From Thermoanaerobaculia bacterium (GTDB taxonomy: Bacteria > Acidobacteriota > Thermoanaerobaculia > UBA5066): 58,928 bases of DNA. Shown here one piece after another: positions 55,773-58,928 of the stretch. The stretch covers positions 1-58,928 of the forward strand of contig JBBRRY010000026.1 in the NCBI GenBank assembly GCA_038245905.1. Reading direction: 5' to 3'. The notes beneath the pieces are model-generated. The model made no database searches. It saw only the letters and a list, made by a program, of their open reading frames with translations, and was not told where the DNA came from. The position numbers and the translations under genes were made by a program. The first letter of the stretch is position 1, and each line of letters starts with the position of its first letter.

Positions 55773-56911
55773 ACGAGTCCCGGTCGCCGGGCGCGTACGT
55801 GCACGTTCCCTTCTGCGCGCACCGCTGCACGTATTGTTCATTCATTGCTTTGGAGGGGAGAGGAGAAGAAGAAGATTTCTTTGAAGGCTTAGGGAGGGAG
55901 ATTCGCTCGAGGCGGACCGAAGCGACGGGTGTCCTGCGCGACTTCGACACCGTTTACTTCGGGGGGGGAACACCGAGCTACGTCGAAACGACGCACCTTC
56001 GCCGGGTGCTCGGGACACTCGAAGAAGTCTTCGGAATTTCTTCGAATGCCGAGATCACGGCCGAAGCAAATCCCGACGACCTCGATGTTCCCCGGCTTCT
56101 GGCCCTCCGGGACCTGGGCGTCAATCGCCTCTCGATCGGTGTGCAGTCCCTCGTCGATGCCGAGCTCGTGCCTCTCGAACGTCGCCACGACGCCGCCGCC
56201 GCGCGCGGTACGGTGTCCTCGGCCGTCCGCACTTTCGGCAACGTCTCGGCCGACCTCATGATCGGCATCCCCGGGCAAACCCTGCGCAGTCTTCTCGAGA
56301 GCGTCGACGGGCTCGTCGTGTGCGGAATCTCCCACCTTTCGGTCTACCTCCTGGAGCTCGAGAAGGCCCCGCGCCTCGTTTCCATGAAGAAGGAGCGGCC
56401 GGAGCTGTTCCCGGACGACGACGAGATGGCGGACCGCTGGGAGGCCGTGGACGAGCGCCTGACGGCGGCGGGCCTCCCGCGCTATGAGCTTTCGAACTGG
56501 GCGCGGCCGGGGTTCGAGAGCCGCCACAACCTCAAGTACTGGCACCTGATTCCCGTGCTGGGGTTTGGCGTCGGGGCGCATTCGTTCGACGGGAAGACTC
56601 GTTATGCGAACACGGGAATGTTGTCCGAGTACCTGAAGCGCACGCGGGAAGGCGTCTCGCCCGTCGTGACGTCCGAAGAGCACGAGGAGGATTCTCTTAG
56701 AAAAAGGGAGGGACTCATGCTGGGCCTGCGCCTCTCGTGCGGTGTCCTCTCTTCAACCTTCAAAGAGATCCGAAAAGGTCTCTCTCCCGATTCCGCCAGC
56801 CGCATGGAGGATGCGTTCGTCGCCCGGCTGCTCGAAGAGCATGCTGGGCGCGTACGACTCACGCGCAAGGGCGTGCTGCTGTCGAACGAGGTCTTTTCGC
56901 TGCTGGTCTGA
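55769..56911 (+). CDS. hemW: Radical SAM heme chaperone (HemW/HemN-like)
   Basis: YVHVPFCAHRCTYCSF, GGGTPS, YELSNW and SRHNLKYW motifs. Confidence 0.9.
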   Translation: MNESRSPGAYVHVPFCAHRCTYCSFIALEGRGEEEDFFEGLGREIRSRRTEATGVLRDFDTVYFGGGTPSYVETTHLRRVLGTLEEVFGISSNAEITAEANPDDLDVPRLLALRDLGVNRLSIGVQSLVDAELVPLERRHDAAAARGTVSSAVRTFGNVSADLMIGIPGQTLRSLLESVDGLVVCGISHLSVYLLELEKAPRLVSMKKERPELFPDDDEMADRWEAVDERLTAAGLPRYELSNWARPGFESRHNLKYWHLIPVLGFGVGAHSFDGKTRYANTGMLSEYLKRTREGVSPVVTSEEHEEDSLRKREGLMLGLRLSCGVLSSTFKEIRKGLSPDSASRMEDAFVARLLEEHAGRVRLTRKGVLLSNEVFSLLV

Positions 56912-56925
56912 AGGGTCGTCTGAGG

Positions 56926-58335
56926 TCAGGCCGCCGTTTTCTGACGGAACAGAAAGAACGCCGGAACGCCGAGCGCCACGATGATGAGCCCGGGAATCGT
57001 GTAGGCCGGCTTGTAAACGGCCAGTGCGATCGTGACGTAGGACGTTGCCGCGACGTAGAGCACGGGGACGATTTGGTCCGCGAGCGACCGCGGCGCGAGG
57101 GCTGGGTTCGTGCGGGCGAGCTTCCAGCGGCCGACGATCGTGGCGATGTAGAAGATGAGAACGGTCGTGATGACGTAGTCAAGGAGGTCGCCGTACGTGC
57201 CCGAGAGGCAGAGCACGGCCGACCACAGAAACTGCGCAACGAGCGCATTGACGGGGATCATCGTCCGAGGGGCCAGCTCCGAGAAGGCGGGAAGGAAAAG
57301 GCCGTCGCGCGACATGGCGTAAAGGACACGCGACCCGGACAGGATGAGGCCGTTCAGGCAGCCGAACGTCGACACGAGAATGACGCAGGCCATGATGAGG
57401 GCCGGCGTTCCCGCCTCGGCCGAGCCCGCGACAGCACCGACAGCCGCCGTCGCGACGCGGTCCTCGGGGGCGCCGGCAATTCCCGAGAGGGGGAGGACGT
57501 TCAGGTAGCCGATGTTGGCGAGGACGTAAAGGAGCGTCACGAGGCCGGTGCCGTAGACGAGTGCCTTCGGGACGTTTGTCTCGGCATCCCGGACCTCCTC
57601 TCCGAGGAAGGTCACGTTGTTCCACGCATCGGCCGAGAAGAGAGAGCCGACGGTGGCTACGGCGAACGCCCACAGGAGGGGAATCTTGAGATCCCCGGCC
57701 GCTGGAAGAGCCCACGAGACGTTCGCGAGCTGCCCGCCGGCCAGGAAGCACACGGACAGGAGACCCAGGAGGGAGAGGACTTTGGCCGCCGTGAAGACGT
57801 TTTGGAGGCGAGCGCCGTTCTCGACACTCGTGGTGTTCCACCAGGTAAGGAGCGCAACCAGGAGAATCGCGACGATCTCGACCGGAGTGACGCTGAGAAA
57901 CTTCGCCTTGAAAAACACATGTTTCGAGGAGATAGCCGGAATGAGGACGCCCAGATACTTGGCGAACGCGACGGCCACGGCCGCGATCGTGCCCGTCTGG
58001 ATCACGAGGAGGACGGCCCAGCCATAGAGGAACCCGCCCATGTCGCCCCAGGCCTCGCGCAGGTAGACGTACTGTCCGCCGGCCTTCGGGAAGGCCATCG
58101 CGAGCCTGCCGTAGCTCCAGGCGCCCGCCACCGTGACGAGTGCCGTGAAGACCCATACGAGAATGAGGAGCGTTGCGCTCTTGACCTGCCTCGTGATGTC
58201 GGCCGAGGTGATGAAGATGCCCGAGCCGATCATCGAGCCCGCGACGATCGTGGTCGCGTCGAACAGGCCGAGCCGCCTCGGGAGCGTCTTCGGAAACGCA
58301 GGCTGGGTGCTCCCGGACCTCGTCATCGTGCCCAT
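56926..58335 (-). CDS. APC family amino acid permease
   Basis: GSMIGSGIF, AGGQYVYLREA and SADAWNNVTF motifs, many TM segments. Confidence 0.93.
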   Translation of the reverse strand: MGTMTRSGSTQPAFPKTLPRRLGLFDATTIVAGSMIGSGIFITSADITRQVKSATLLILVWVFTALVTVAGAWSYGRLAMAFPKAGGQYVYLREAWGDMGGFLYGWAVLLVIQTGTIAAVAVAFAKYLGVLIPAISSKHVFFKAKFLSVTPVEIVAILLVALLTWWNTTSVENGARLQNVFTAAKVLSLLGLLSVCFLAGGQLANVSWALPAAGDLKIPLLWAFAVATVGSLFSADAWNNVTFLGEEVRDAETNVPKALVYGTGLVTLLYVLANIGYLNVLPLSGIAGAPEDRVATAAVGAVAGSAEAGTPALIMACVILVSTFGCLNGLILSGSRVLYAMSRDGLFLPAFSELAPRTMIPVNALVAQFLWSAVLCLSGTYGDLLDYVITTVLIFYIATIVGRWKLARTNPALAPRSLADQIVPVLYVAATSYVTIALAVYKPAYTIPGLIIVALGVPAFFLFRQKTAA

Positions 58336-58385
58336 CGGTTCTCCTTAGGTTGGCGAGAGGCCGAATTGTAGCGGGAGTCAGGGTC

Positions 58386-58928
58386 TCACGCGGCCGTCGG
58401 GGAGGTCTCGATCCGCATCCCGTAGAAGGAGCGATAGACGAAGACGACGGACACGGCGAAGAAGACCAGGGAGAGCGCCAGGCTCGTCGAGCGCGGAAGT
58501 CCGATTGCGAGCTCCACGGCGAGGAGGCCGAAGAGCGTCGTGAACTTGATGATCGGATTCATGGCGACGGAGGACGTGTCTTTGAATGGGTCACCCACGG
58601 TGTCGCCGACCACGCACGCGTCGTGAAGAGGCGTCCCCTTCTCCTTGAGCTCCACCTCGACGATCTTCTTCGCGTTGTCCCACGCGCCGCCCGCGTTCGC
58701 CATGAAGATGGCCTGATAGAGGCCGAAGACGGCGATCGAGATCAGGTAGCCGATGAAGAAGAAGGGCTCGAGGCACGCGAACGCGAGCGTCGAGAAGAAC
58801 ACCACCATGAAGATGTTGAACATGCCCTTCTGCGCGTATTTCGTGCAGATGGCGACGACCGCCTTGCTGTCCTCTACCGAGGCCTTCGTGACCGTCGCGT
58901 CGAGCTTGATGTTCTTCTTGATGAACTC
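58386..58928 (-). CDS. hppA: Membrane-bound H+/Na+-translocating pyrophosphatase, C-terminal part (5' end outside window)
   Basis: MANAGGAWDNAKK and VGDTVGDPFKDTS motifs. The frame is open to the window edge. Confidence 0.93.
   Translation of the reverse strand, partial: EFIKKNIKLDATVTKASVEDSKAVVAICTKYAQKGMFNIFMVVFFSTLAFACLEPFFFIGYLISIAVFGLYQAIFMANAGGAWDNAKKIVEVELKEKGTPLHDACVVGDTVGDPFKDTSSVAMNPIIKFTTLFGLLAVELAIGLPRSTSLALSLVFFAVSVVFVYRSFYGMRIETSPTAA

Noticed and set aside
1-58928. tRNA/rRNA genes, prophage, integron integrase
   Set aside because: None recognised by eye. Intergenic gaps are short and no tyrosine recombinase or phage structural motifs were seen.

Overview
GC-rich bacterial chromosomal window. 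Gene content (acidobacterial-type VWA protein, kinase-TolB-TPR protein, DUF6600 protein) suggests Acidobacteriota, which is an inference. Positions 1-~3800 are the decaying tail of an integron cassette array. It holds one complete attC site whose core is hit by a 1514-bp IS1182-like element (15-bp IRs, TTAG duplication, frameshifted transposase), a half attC cut by what looks like the end of an IS110/IS1111-type element, and a 17-bp attC stub. No integrase is in the window. The rest is mostly metabolic and housekeeping genes: type II pantothenate kinase, ABC transporter, kgd, korAB-like, folE, pyk, dnaB-alr-mlaEFD-radA, purC, pepA-recN, hisS-aspS-aroB, HD-GYP, ftsY-ribD-ribE-hemW and partial hppA. 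The most unusual unexplained signal is a dispersed AT-rich motif (about GATTT(T)CTTNGAAGG, often in GA-rich tracts). It recurs about 20 times, mostly inside conserved genes, on both strands, typically as convergent pairs about 140-240 bp apart, and it coincides with distorted codon usage and altered protein loops. Also noted are two genes that appear to need CTG starts and a DnaA-box-like intergenic region. Gene calls come from recognised motifs, not from database searches.
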